Below are positions 12,548 to 26,749 of a stretch of 64,000 bases of DNA, one piece after another. Position numbers and translations under genes: made by a program. The notes below the pieces were generated by a model that ran no database searches, was not told where the DNA came from, and saw only the letters and a program-made list of their open reading frames with translations. The stretch comes from Octopus vulgaris. Lineage: Eukaryota. Numbering within the stretch: the first letter of the stretch is position 1; each line of letters begins with the position of its first letter. Location: the NCBI GenBank assembly GCA_951406725.2, contig OX597840.1, positions 15,562,001 through 15,626,000 on the forward strand. Direction: 5' to 3'.

Positions 12548-15183
12548 GTACTTAAAAATATATGCATACATATATATATAGATATATATATATATATATA
12601 TATGTATAACATCATCATCATCATCTTCGTTTAACGTCCGCTTTCCATGCTGGCATGGGTTGGACGATTTGACTGAGGATTGGCGAACCAGATGGCTGCA
12701 CCAGGCTCCGATCTGATCTGGCAGAGTTTCTACAGATGGATGCCCTTCCTAATACCAACCACTCCGAGAGTGTAGTGGGTGCTTTTACATGCCACCGGCA
12801 CCAGGACCAGTCAGGCGGTACTGGCAACAACCATGCTCAAATGGTGTTTTTTACATGCCACCTGCACAGGAGCCAGTCCAGCAGCACTGGCAATGACCTT
12901 GCTTAAATAATTTTTCACGTGCCACCAGCACAAGTGCCAGTAAGACAATGCTGGTAACAATCATGCTCAAATGGTGCTTTTTATGTGCCACCAGCACGGA
13001 AGCCAGTCAGTTACTCTGGCAATGATCATTCTCAGATGGTGCTCTTAGTGCTCCACTAGCACAGATGCCAGTCATCGAATTTGATTTCGGTACACGATGG
13101 GCTTCTTTTCAGTTTCCATCTACCAAATCCACTCACAAGGCTTTGGTTGGCCCAAGGCTATAGTAGAAGAGACTTGCCCAAGCTTCCACGCAATGGGACT
13201 GAACCCAGAACCATGTGGTTTGAAAGCAAGCTTCTTATTTCTTTATTGCCCACATGGGGCTAAACATAGAGGGAACAAACAAGGACAAACAAAGGGGTTA
13301 AGTCAATTACATTGACACCAGTGTGTAAATGGTACTTAATTTATCGACCACGAAAGGATGAAAGGCAAAGTCGACCTTGGCGGAATTTGGACTCAGGACA
13401 TAACTGCAAACGAAATACTGCTAAGCATTTCGCCTGGCATGCTAACATTTCTGCCAGCTTGCTACCTTACCACACAGTCACTCCTGTGCCTAAAAATAAA
13501 TAAATAAATTTAAAAATTGATTTTTGGACATGGGACAGCTATATGTACGATAACTATGGCAGCCTCTGGCAATATAGGCCCTTCCCCTCAGATCCAGGCA
13601 TCCACTTCTTGCCTCTGTCTCTCAGTCACTTTCAAGCATCAGTTGCATTCGAATGAAAACAGTGTTGGAAAATATAAATCCAACATATGACCAGATCGAT
13701 CAATTGGACTGGAACTTGGTCATAAGTTGAGAAGCTGTCTATATACTAACATTCTTCTTTCTTACCAATAAAAACAGTGGAATTCTTTCAAGATAGTACT
13801 TTATACATTATACAGATATATAATACACACACACACACACATATATACATATGATTGCTAGCCACTACACATTCTTTATTTTCTCTCCTTGTTTCTTTGT
13901 GTTCCTTTCTGTGGAAGAGCATAGGCTCAAAACGTTAAAGACTTTTTCACTTTCTGAGCGTTAAACTAATACATCTGTTGGTTGTCTACACCACCTGTCT
14001 TCGTCTTTTGTTTTTTTATGAATTCTCCCTCTATATACATATATATATACTAGCAGAGATACCCGGCATTGCCCGTGTTACATTCAATTGAAGAATTAGA
14101 CTTTTCTGTTATATTTTCTGTAATGAACTGGAATATCTATGTTTCGAATTTCATCAGAATTGCAGATGAGGGTTATTTCCCTCTTTACACACCCTAAAAA
14201 AATTGTAATCATGATACATGTATCCCATACTACTGTGTTTTATGCACATATTCCAAAATTCCAGTCTTATTGAACCTGTTAAAAGGATTTTGCACCTGAA
14301 AAGTTAAAAAGATCATGGAGCTCTAAAATGTGAGAGTTAAGACCCCTGTTGGGGGTAGGTGTCTTAATGTCAAGAAGAGAAGTTAAATTATTGAGAATCT
14401 TTTAAACTTATATCTATTGTTTGAATTTCTTTGAAATAGGAAATATATGTTCACTGGGTTTGTAAAAGAGAGCAAAGCTATAGGAAACCAATGATCACAA
14501 TAAGCAGTCAGCTACCCTACCCTAGTCGTTACCACTCCCATTGTAGGATTCCTCACCATCCAGGTGATTGACAAAGCCATAAGAATCTATAGCAATTGGA
14601 AGGGCGTGACCCAACTGAAATAAACATTATCAACTGTGTGATGTGCGGGCTAAGGAGAAATGAAAGTGTCACCTCTGGAGTTTGCAAATGACCACTATAC
14701 TGATACGTAACTGGACAGAATAAATTTACAGTCTATAAATGTCTTTGAATAACCAGTTACTCATCTGGGAAGGCCTTGAAATCAATGTTACCATCTGGGG
14801 ACTATGTGTGACCCAGTGATAATAAAAAGACTGAAATGAGGTCTGTAATCAAATAACTTTACTCAACACTTTGCAACTGAATCAGTGGAAGCAAAGATGC
14901 CTCTCATTTACTTGACAATTTATGCAGTACATTGCAGAAATCACAATGTAAGTGTATGTCAAAGCAAAGTGTTACATTGTTGTACCATTGAATTACAAAT
15001 AATGCTCATCTTTTATGCTCGGGTAACTCTCCAGCTTCCAAGAGTACAACTGTATTCGTCTTTGCTTAGATAAAATGACTAAATTGTGGGTGTTAAGTCC
15101 CCATGGAGGGGTCTTTCTAACTTGTAAGAAGATGAAATTCTATAAATATTACTTCATTTGTATCTAATATGTATGGTTAAAAT

Positions 15184-15217
<34 letters not shown>

Positions 15218-16142
15218 TAGATAGATAGATAGATAGATATAGATCTATACACACACATACAAAGATAAATTGGTAGATACAATTGAGTGGGCAAACAAAA
15301 ATATGAGCCTAGTACTTTTTTTTATGTTGATAAACCTGGTCCTTATTCTATTAGTTTGTTCTTGTGAAACCAGAAATTTATGGGGATGTAAATAAATGAA
15401 CAGCAGTTGTGAAGCAGTGATGAGAGTGAAACATAGAGACAAAGACACATACATACACTTACATATATACATACATATATATATATATATACGATTGATT
15501 TGTTTCAATTCCTGTCTACAAAATCCATATATATATATATGCATGTATGTATACACACACAGACACACACACACAAAGATAAATTGATAGATACAACTGA
15601 GTGGGCAAACAAAAATATGAGACACTGCCTAGTGTTTTTTTTTATTTTTATAAGCCTGGTACTTATTCTATCAGTTTCTTCTTGTGAAACCAGTAAGTTA
15701 TGGGGATGTAAATAAACAAACACGAATTGTGAAGCAGTGATGAGGGAGAAACACAAAGACACACACTTAGACTTACATATATACATACATACAATTGATT
15801 TCTTTCAGTTTCTGTCTACAAAATCCACTGACAAGGCTTTGGTTGGTCTGAGGCTATAGCAGAAGATACATGCCAAGTTACCACACAGTGGGACTGAACT
15901 CGGGACCATGTGTTTTGGAACCAAGTTTGTTACCACACAGCCACACCTGCACCTATGTATGTGTGGGTGTGTGTATAGGTGTATAAATGTATTCATGTAT
16001 ATATGTGTATATATATATGTGTACATATTACATGTACATCTATATATATATATATACATCTACACATACATATATACATATACATCTATATCTATAGAAA
16101 TACATATACATCTATATATATATACATGTATACATAAACATC

Positions 16143-16206
<64 letters not shown>

Positions 16207-16264
16207 CACATCCATATATATACATATTGTCTACTTGAATGTTTTGTGTTCTTGTCCCATTTTG

Positions 16265-16306
<42 letters not shown>

Positions 16307-16318
16307 CTATATGTATAC

Positions 16319-16351
<33 letters not shown>

Positions 16352-17666
16352 GCATGTAAATTTAAATTTAAAATAATAAGGGTGAAAAATTGAATATAAA
16401 TTTGATTAGTATGAAATTAAAAGCAGTGGTGTAGCATTATAAGACCATAGCGGATCTTCTTCTAGCAAAATGGATGTCCAGTTACAGATTGTAGGGATAT
16501 ACGACCGTATGTAAGGAGTTGGTGACAAATGTCTCCTTTAGAACACCGCACAGTCGCTCCTAACATAATAAGAAGCCAAATACATGATATAATTTACAGT
16601 GCCGATAGGAATAAATGAGGACAACAAACCATTCTACTGTTTGAGAGAGAAGAAGACTTTATTCACAATGTGTACAAAGTGAAAGTGTTGTGAGTGCTAG
16701 TGAAGTGTTGTATATATGTGCATGCGACAAGTTTTTGTGTCTGTGTGCAACAGAAGGTACAGACAATAGTGTATGAACATAAAACAGAAATACAGAGCAT
16801 AAGATGAATGTCTCAGCATATTGAGTAAAGATAGAAATTGTTTACCAGTTCATGAGGTACACAATAGTAAGTTCTATAACAAGATGTTGGCGGTCAGTTG
16901 GTAGAGGCCAGTTACTACACGTGTAGAAGTTGTGGCCTCAATGCCGTGCCGAGTCTCTTGATACAGATATTCTTCAGGTTAACTGACTGTTTCTTCTCGG
17001 TGAAAGATTCACACAAACAGCGTAGAGTTAAACCTGGTCGAGTGTTGATGTGTACGTGTTGAAGTTGACGGTGATGGAGATGACATAAAGTTGAAGTACA
17101 ACAAGGGTGAAGATGGCGGCAGAGATGGAGATCGTCCTGTCTGTCACTGGTGTAGAATAGCATCTTCATGACTGGAGCAGTAGCATTGTTGGCTGGCTGG
17201 TTGTCTGTCGCTGGAACTGGAACATAGCTGAATAGCTCTGTGGTCAGTTACTAGACCTTAAAAGACATAGAATAGTGAAAGCTGACCTATTTAAAGGGTT
17301 AAAATGGCTCAAAAAAGGGCATCGGAAACACAGTGTCACGAGACCTTATCCAAAGGCCATGATTCGTTGGCTTACACACTGGCACGAAATAAGTAGAGAG
17401 ACAGACCGCTCCAAATGCCAACCAATCAGAGCAGTGGACACAACAGGGTCAAACTAGCCAAAGATGGTTGTTATCTGAAATGAGATCATTCCTAATGTGT
17501 CTCTCAAACAGTGAGGATATCAGTATCGCTACAAGTTCATCCCTGTTATATAATAGTTTCACTTTGATTAAGAGTTTCAGTATTAAAGTGAAAGTATCTG
17601 ACATTACAATAGGGAAATATTTTTCTTTCACTTTTGACACGTAATACTGAAATAGTGGAGAAGATA

Positions 17667-18950
17667 CGAGGGGCGTTCAATAAGTAATGCCCCTGACCCA
17701 CTTCCCATAGCAGTAGAGCAACGAAACTTGGCACAGTTATTAGTCTTTTTCTACATAGGAACCACCCAGAGTTACGCATTTCTCCCATTGTTTGATGCAG
17801 CTCTGGAGACCGTTTTTGTAGAAGACCCCAGCTTGGTCCTCCAACCTGAACGTGACTTCAGAAATCAAGGCTGCATCATCTGGGAAACGCTTTCCTTTCA
17901 AAAACAACTTCATGACTGGGAAGAGGTGAAAATCAGAGGGTGCAAGGTCAGGAAAGTAGGGGGATGGGAGGGGAGTTCATAGCCATACGCCTGTGCTTCT
18001 GATCTGGCGACAAGCGAGTTGTGGACCGGAGCGTTGTCCTGCAGGAGGAGGATGCCTTTGCTGATCTTGCCCCGCCTCTTGATTTTGATAACTTCTCTTA
18101 ATTTCCTCAAAAGTGAAGCATAATAAGCTCCTGCAATTGTGGTACCCTTTGCCAGGAAATCTGTCATCACTACTCCGTCCTGGTCCCAGAAGACTGTGAG
18201 CATGACCTTGCCAGCGGAGGGCTGCACCCTTGCCTTCTTTGGAGGGGGTGAGTCACGGTGCTTCCACTGCATTGACTGGGCTTTGGTCTCTGGATCATCG
18301 TGATGGACCCAGGTTTCATCCTGTGTAATCAGTCTTTTGAAAAATTTTGACTCATCTTCTTGGCACATCTCCAAATTCACCCTCGAGCACTCGACGCGTT
18401 CTTGCTTCTGGAAAGGCGTGAGCAACATGGGAATCCATCTGGCAGACACCTTTTGCATATGCAAATGGTCATAAATGATAGTTTCCACAGACCCGGTACT
18501 AATCTTGACCTCATGGGCTATTTAGCGAATAGTTATGCGTCGATCTTCCAGAATGGCAGCCTCAACTTGACGGACAGATGCCTCATCAATGGCAGAAGGG
18601 GCGACCAGATCTGGGAGCTGTTTCCAGAGAGTTCCGACCATGTTTGAATTCACGATGCCAGCGTTTTACAAGGTCATATGATGGGGCATCATCACCATAA
18701 GTCACTTTCATTTCATCAAAAGTCTCCCGTGGTGTGCGTCCTTTCAAATACAAAAACCGGATCACTGCTCGACACTCAACAGGCTCCATTTCACACTTGA
18801 CTCGGTTCAAACACCTGTAAATCAGAAACCACAACAGAGCTGTAATTTGCCACTTACTCTATATAGATATAAATGATTGCACATGCAAAATTTCAGCTAG
18901 ATCAAACAACTGCAAGTGGGTCAGAGGCATTACTTATTGAACGTCCCTCG
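17667..18950 (-). mobile_element. Full-length (1284 bp) mariner DNA transposon with disrupted transposase
   Basis: 37-bp TIRs CGAGGGGCGTTCAATAAGTAATGCCCCTGACCCACTT (2 mismatches between ends) with TA on both flanks. Transposase pieces: HTH ...APRSGRP (18834-18586) and KVSARWIP, ITQDETWV, LLLQDNAPVH, HPP (18488-17910). Confidence 0.95.
17690..18792 (-). pseudogene. mariner transposase pseudogene (frameshifted)
   Basis: The coding sequence is split over several frames, and the YSPDL region is disrupted after HPP. Confidence 0.85.
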
Positions 18951-19619
18951 TATGATATTGCTGTGGGCTCGCCCATGACACTACATGGACCCTAATTAAG
19001 GCATGTGTAAAATTTGAATGAAATTGGGTGTGTAGTTCTCAAGTTTTAGGGATTCACACAGACAGACAGACAGACAGACACACACACATTCTCAGTTTTA
19101 TATGAAAAATGAAAAATTTATATTGAAATCTGATTTGTAATTACCATATCATTGCATGACTTGCATTCATGCACAATATGCCACCAGCATATATATATAC
19201 ATATATATATATACGTATACACACACACACACACACATACATACATATATACTACATGTACACACACCTGTGTACATGTGTCATGTCAGTATTTTGACGC
19301 TAAACATGTTTTATTGTACCTAAATGTATTAAATATAATAATAATAAAGTACATTTAAAAATTCACACAAATAATTTTATTTTGAACCAGAGATATTTAC
19401 ATATTGCATAATATATATTATATTATATCATATTATACATCATATCATATTATATGTTATATTATGGGAGTGTCTATGTGGTAAGTAGCTTGCTTATCAA
19501 CCACATGGTTCCGGGTTCAGTCCCACTGTGTGGCACTTTGGGCAAGTGTCTTCTACTATAAGCCTTGGGCCAACCAAAGACTTGTGAGTGGATTTGGTAG
19601 ACAGAAACTGAAAGAAGCC

Positions 19620-19666
<47 letters not shown>

Positions 19667-22600
19667 TATATGTGTGTGTGTGTGTTTGTCCCCCCAACAT
19701 CACTTGACAACCGATGCTAGTGTGTTTACATCCCTGTAACTGAGATGTTCAGCAAAAGAGACCAATAGTATAAGTACCAACATTACAAAGAATATGTCCT
19801 GGGGTCGATTTGTTCGACTAAAGGTAGTACTCCAGCATAGCCACAGTCAAATGACAAGTGAAAGAAGTAAAAGAAAAAATATAAGGTGTCAAGCTTACGA
19901 TCATGAGCTCGAATCCCAGACTGGGCTGCATGTTGTGTTCTTGAGCAAGACACTTTATTTCACGTTGCTCCAGTTCACTCAGCTGTAGAAATGAGTTGCG
20001 ATGTCACAGGTGCCAAGCTGTATCGGCCTTTGCATTTCCCTTGGATAACATCAGTGTCGTGGAAAGGGAAAGGCGGTATACATGGGCAACTGCTGGCTTT
20101 CCATAAACAACCTTGCTCGGACTTGTGCCTCGGAGGGTAACTTTCTAGGTGCAATCCCATGGTCAGTCATGACTGAAGAGAGTTTCAGCATATATATATT
20201 ATATTATATCATATTATATTAGATTATGGCAGCAGGGCAATGGCCCAGTGGTTAGGGCAGCGAACTCACAGTTGTAGGATCATGGTTTCAATTCCCAGAC
20301 CGACCGTTCTGAGTGTATATTGAGTGAAAACCCCTAAAGCTCCACGAGGCTCCAGCAGGGAGCGGTGGCAAACCCTGCTGTACTCTTTCACTACACCTTT
20401 CTCTCACTCTTACTTCCTGTTTCTGTTGTACCTGTATTTCGAAGGGCCAACCTTGTCACACTGAATCTCCTCAAGAACTACGTTAAGGGTACACATGTCT
20501 GTAGAGTGCTCAGCTACTTGCACATTTCATTTCCATCGATGTTGCAGTGCTAGGATCCTATTGGCAAAAAATATTTCATCCTGTTGCTCTAAATATCATC
20601 ATCATCATGGCAATACTGGTTCCCAGCCAATTGTTTATTCACATTGTGGACAGATGATTGTCAGGTGGGGTCAAATCAGGAGAATGGGAAAGTTGACCAA
20701 CTAGTTCAAAGCCACAGTCATGCACAGTAGCCATTGAAGCCAAGGAATTGTACGCTGCGGCATTGTCCTCATGAAATATCATTAGAGCAAATATTCAGCT
20801 TAATACCATAGATTTGCTTGTCAATTACTTGGCCTTAACCACTTGAGCATGGCCCTTAGCGGCTGACAATCATAGCCATGTGTTGAGAGGAATTCTTTGG
20901 GGTTTGATTAAATGTGAGAAAAGCAAAGTTTGAAGGCAGTATTAGCCGTTTTTCATACTTTGTAAGGGGAAGCAAATAGGAAATAACAGTTGCTACCCAA
21001 GGACAAAAATCGTGTTCTACACTGTTATTTATTGACATTGTTTTAAATGAATCCTACATAGGCATAGGAGTGGCTGTGTGGTAAGTAGCTTGCTTACCAG
21101 CCACATGGTTCCGGGTTCAGTCTCACTGCGTGGCACCTTGGGTGTCTTCTACTATAGCTTTGGGCTGACCAAAGCTTTGTGAGTGGATTTGGTAGATGGA
21201 AACTGAAAGAAGTCTGTCGTATATATGTATATATATGTGTGTGTGTGTGTGTTTTGTCCCCTCAACATCGCTTGACAACTGATGCTGGTGTGTTTACATC
21301 CCTGTAACTTAGTGGTTCAGCAAAAGAGACTGATAGAACAAGTACTAGGCTTACAAAGAATAAGTCCTGGGGTCAATTTGCTCAACCAGCATGGCCACAG
21401 TCAAATGACTGAAACAAATAAAAGAAAGTACATTATCTTGTGAAGGCACATGGCTCAGTGGTTAGAGCATCGAGCTTACAATTATGAGGTTGTGAGTTCA
21501 ATTCCGTGGCCAGGTTGTGTGTTGTGTTCTTGAGCAAGACACTTTATTTCGCATTGCTCTTGTTCACTCAGTTGTAGGAATGAGTTGCATTGTCCCTGAT
21601 GCCAAGCTATATTGGCCCCTTTTTGCCTTTCCCTTGGATAACATCAGTGGTGAGGGGAGGCTGGTATGCATGGACAACTGCTGGTCTTCTATAAACAACC
21701 TTGCCCGGACATGTGCCTTGGAGGGTAACTTTCTAGGTGCAATTCCATAGTCATTCATGACCGAAGGGGGTCACCCCTTTCACAATATCTTATAGCTTCA
21801 ATTTTTCAATAGTGTGAGAGGTCTAATCAGGCCAGTTTGAACATGAAACAAGTTGAATATTTGAGCTGGATATGACCGGTTTAAATGCTACAGGGTGAAA
21901 GCAACTAATCATATCTGCTACTCTCCTGCTCAGATGGGAGGACGCTTCTGTCTTGTGACTTATAAGGCAACTTCATTAGTCTTGATGTCACTAAAATAGC
22001 ATCCCAGTACACTGTGTAAAATGGTTGGCATTAGGAGAGGGGCACCCAACTATAGAACCCATGTCAGAACCAAAACACAGGAGCAAAACGTGGTTCTCCA
22101 ACTCACTCGAACTTATCAAAATAATATCCATCTCATACAAGGATGGAAAATAGTGTTAAATGCTGGTGTTGATGATGATGATGATGATGATGATGATTGT
22201 GGTGGTGGTATTATTATATACGATCCATTCACTATTTAAAAGGAATATTCTTCTTCTTATTATTATTATTGTGAAAGTTGGAGAATAGAGACAAAATTAA
22301 TCCATATTGTAAATTTTTAAAGAATTGTTTTTTTATTTCATTTTATTTATTATGTGGAAAGCTTCAATATGCATTTCAAATTTACCATCTTCAGATTCCT
22401 AACTCCAACAATATCACAATAAAAAATATAAAAGAACCAAAAAAGAAGTTAGTTTCTTGGAATGCTCATCACTCCCCCACCTTCTCTCAATTTTTGCAAA
22501 AATGTAAATGAAGATTATTTGATAAATCATCCTGATGAAACCAGATTATCAACCACAATCTGAATCAGATTATAATATCACATATGAAATATTTACCAAC

Positions 22601-23534
22601 ATATTAGTTAAGGGTTCATAATTTTAACCCTTTTCATTAAAGAACTGGCTTCAAATCATTCTATAGATTCCTGATGTGAAGCTGACCATTTTAAGGTGTT
22701 TAAGCTTAAACTTTCTGTTGTTGTTTCATGGGAGAACTACACTTTGATATTAACCAAAAGTCTGGGATAAAAAGGTCTTGTGATATTAGTTCCAGCCCTT
22801 TATGTTCTGTGTTTAAATCACACCAAGGTCATCTTTGCTGCACTGGGGTTTCTCTTTAATCTTTTACTTGTTTTAATCATTAGACTGTGGCCATGCTGGG
22901 ACACCACTTCAAAGAATTTATAGTCAAATGAATCAACCCCAGTACATTTTTTTTTGTAAGCCTGGTAGTTACTGTATTGATCTCTTTTGCCAAACTACTA
23001 AGTTACAAGGATGTAAACACACCCACACTAGCTGTCGAGCAGTAGTGGTGGGGGGAAAAAACATAGACAGAGAGACACACATACATAGATATATACATAT
23101 ATACAATGGGCTTCTTTTCAGTTTCCATCTGTCAAATCAACTCACAAGGCCTGAGACTATTATTAGAAGACACTTGATCTAGGGCCACGCAGTGGTACAG
23201 ACCCCAGGTCTATGTGCTGGTGGTGGCAGCAGTAGAAGTGGTAGTGTTGGAAATGGCCGAGGTGGTGGTGGTGGTGTTCTGTAACAGTCTATCATTCAGT
23301 TGATCAAAAAACTGGAGACTCAATCATTTCATAGAAATTACCAGAATAGTCAGTTTGTCATGGCCACCATAAATTGTTCAATGAACGCTACATGTTACCT
23401 CTTCCCTTTGTGATGTGAAGAAGACACCACTGTTGTTTATATCGCATCAAGTAGGGCAAGCAACTACTTGAGAGGTTTTCCTCACTTATTCTTGATTATC
23501 TTCTGCATACTGTTGTCATCGTTCATTTATCATC

Positions 23535-23663
23535 ATTGTTGTTGATCTCATCATCATCATCATCATCTTCTTCTTCTTCTTTTTCTTCTTCTTCTTCTTC
23601 TTCTTTCTCCTTCTTCTTCTTCTACTTCTTCTCTTTCTCCTTCTTCTACTTCTTCTTCTCCTT

Positions 23664-23694
<31 letters not shown>

Positions 23695-23752
23695 TTATTA
23701 TTATTATTATTATTATCATCGTTATTATTATTATTATCATTATTATTATTAT
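23535..23752. repeat. Compound (TCA)n(TTC)n(TTA)n microsatellite
   Basis: Visible directly in the sequence. Confidence 0.95.
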
Positions 23753-24137
23753 TGAGTGAGAAAGCAGTGCATGCCATCAAAGTGACACTGGGGTAAAATA
23801 TACGAAGCCCAGTATACCCATCATGACTACCCATCTGATAAGGGTACACTAGGCACATACATCACAACCATATGTGCACAACGTGGTGATCACATCAAGC
23901 TAAACAGCACATGACCTTTCAGGTGGGGCCTAGTTAGAATTTTCTTCTGGTCGAGTAGCCCATCCCGCTCAAAAGGTCCCTGAATAAGGATTGTTTAAGG
24001 ATGTTAAATGAACCACCCATGTTTCCAGAGGTGAATTATTCAAACCCCAAAGAATCCCTCCCAATATATGGCCATGATGCTCCCCCACTACTTCTGCTCA
24101 TGATCAGAGATGCACATATCATCAGCCACTAAGGGAC

Positions 24138-24174
<37 letters not shown>

Positions 24175-24997
24175 TTAATCTTTTCCTTAATCTTTGCACT
24201 CAATAAAGAAACCATCTTCATCGCCATCATCATCATTATCATTATTTTTTTATTGTTGTTTGTATTAAGCTCATTACTTTTGTTAATATCATCATCAGTA
24301 TTAATGCTATTTTTTGTTGTCATCTATTATTGATGGTCTTCTCATTCTCCTTATAATTACAACTACAACAACAATAATGATGATGATGATGATGAAAATG
24401 GTAGTGTATTATTTTCTTTGTTTATATTATTAATATTGTTGCTGTTCCTGTGCTCGGCTCCCTTTTCAAAATCAAACATTAGCGTATTGCAATGCAAAAA
24501 AAATTAATAATAATAATAATAAAATCAATGAATTATTAATAACAGAAACATCCCCTCACCTTCTCGCCCCCGTAACTCTCCACTTCCCTCCATTCCATCT
24601 CCACCACCACCGGCTCTTCTGCAACAATGAAATTCCCTCCCCTCTCTCCCGTTCTGGGATTCCTGATAAATGTCTGTTTAATGTTGTGATTTAAACAACC
24701 AGATGCCTAACACCATCTGGTGGTAATGAGGTTACTCTCCTCTCTCTCTCTTGAACACAGACAACCACCTTAACTCCCTCCCATCGCCCCACTTCAGCAC
24801 AATTTCATTGAATACTAAACCACGGAGGGCCTTCTGTCTTTGGTAGAAGTGGACGGGTGGTGGTGGTGATGGTTCTCATTTAGCCTCTTGTCTACCCTGA
24901 TCATGCAGACTTCTAATGAAGGACATTCCAACCTTAACCACCTCATTTTGTTGAAGTATATGTGGAACAACATCATTACCTAATTTTACTCACAAAG

Positions 24998-25049
<52 letters not shown>

Positions 25050-25105
25050 CACACACATACTCACACATATATACACACACACACATGTATGCATGCATGT
25101 ATATG

Positions 25106-25139
<34 letters not shown>

Positions 25140-25388
25140 CCCACAGCTTCAGGGCTAAAACATATAAAAGTTTATATATATATAACAAAGTGGAGTTGTA
25201 AGGTACCGCACGAGTGGAATTATATATGAAAGAAGGGTCAAAAATGCAATTTTAAAAGATGTTTATTTACTTGACCGGTCAAGTAAATAAACATCTTTTA
25301 AAATTGCATTTTTGACCCTTCTTTCATATATATATATATATACACGCACACACTTACACACACATATACATGCATACATATATATATT

Positions 25389-25431
<43 letters not shown>

Positions 25432-25567
25432 GGTCCCGGGTTGATTCGGGGTTAACCACAGTAAGTAAGGTACTCAATACATAGCAGAGTAAAATTAATT
25501 TATTATATAGAAGGAGCTTCTACAGGACTAGTACTGTTTCATTCAAGAGAAATCTTCAGGAAGATTC

Positions 25568-25624
25568 AGGAGCTTCCTGAAGATTTCTCTTGAATGAAAC
25601 AGTACTAGTCCTGTAGAAGCTCCT
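25568..25624 (+). ncRNA. Type I hammerhead ribozyme motif
   Basis: Stem I AGGAGCTTC/GAAGCTCCT; core CTGAAGA; stem II T-TTC-tctt-GAA-T; GAA; stem III ACAG-tactagtc-CTGT; predicted GUA cleavage after 25615. Confidence 0.75.
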
Positions 25625-26134
25625 TCTATATAATAAATATATATATATATATATATATTTCGTTTTTGGATTTGGTTTGCAAGATTCTTTATATGAGTTC
25701 GTGTGTTGAAGCATATTCTGTTGTGTCTGGGGAGAGTCATTCTCTTTTAGTGCCTTATCATTTAACACACTCACCAGTAAAATTTCCACTTATTTCTTAT
25801 TTTTATTTTCTAAAATTTTCGTTGCATCTTGCAACCTTTTCAATAGTCTTGACTCTGTCCATTATTTACACTGCACTCCCTTTTGTTTGTTTGTGTGCAT
25901 GTGTGTGGGTCAGTGGGTCAGTATGTGTGTGTGCCTATACATCCATGTACGTATTTATGTGTGTGTGTGTTTGCATGTGTATGTATGTATATATGTGTGT
26001 GTATGCATATGTATGTATGTATGTGTGTACAGCTGTATGTACGTATCCTGCATATTTATAGCTTGCCTGTCCGTATTTGTGTATTTTCTGTGTGTGTGTG
26101 TGTGTGTGTGAGCATGTGTTTGTATATGTATGCT

Positions 26135-26362
26135 GGCGGCGAGCTGGCAGAAACGTTAGCACGCTGGGCGAAATGCGTGGCCGTATTTCGTCTGCCGTTA
26201 CGTTCTGAGTTCAAATTCTGCCGAGGTCGACTTTGCTTTTCATCCTTTTGGGGTCGATAAATTAAGTACCAGTTGCGCACTGGGGTCGATGTAATCGAAT
26301 TAATTCCTTTGTCTGTCCTTGTTTGTCCTCTCTGTGTTTAGCCTTTGTGGGTAGTAAAGAAA
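26135..26362 (+). repeat. SINE family B, representative copy (clusters at 420-1070, 35490-36440, 37140-37575, 52735-53190, 55190-56490)
   Basis: GGCGAGCTGGCAGAA...GAGTTCAAATTC..CGAGGTCGACTTTGCCTTTCATCC is repeated many times on both strands. Confidence 0.85.
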
Positions 26363-26749
26363 TGTATATGTATGTGCCTCTGTTTCCTTGTGTGTGCATG
26401 TCTGTATGTGTGTGTGTTATGTAACTATGTACCATGTTTGTATGTATGGATGTGTATCTTTATATGTGTGGATCCGTGTCTCCATGTGTCTGTTCATATA
26501 GTCTATATACCTATCTGTCTGTATATTGATCTGTTTATTTACATATCTAAATGCTCATATACAGAAATAAAAAAATGAAATAAATAAATAAAAAAAGGCA
26601 TACACACACATTCACACCCACATACATACATACATACATTTATCTACCTAACAGTCCACTAACTATTCTACTCTACCTGTGTAAACTGTGGGTATGGAGG
26701 TATGGTATTTATTGTGTATATTTCCTATTTAATATTGGGGAGGTTTCAT

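Larger units (their letters stand above)
14050..19105 (-). mobile_element. Probable non-autonomous Helitron carrying nested insertions
   Basis: Minus-strand 3' end ...ACGGGCAATGCCGGGTATCTCTGCTAG|T (GC-rich hairpin plus CTAG). Minus-strand 5' end TCATATAAAACTGAGAATGTGTGTGTG(TCTG)n. Assigning both ends to one element is inference. Confidence 0.55.
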
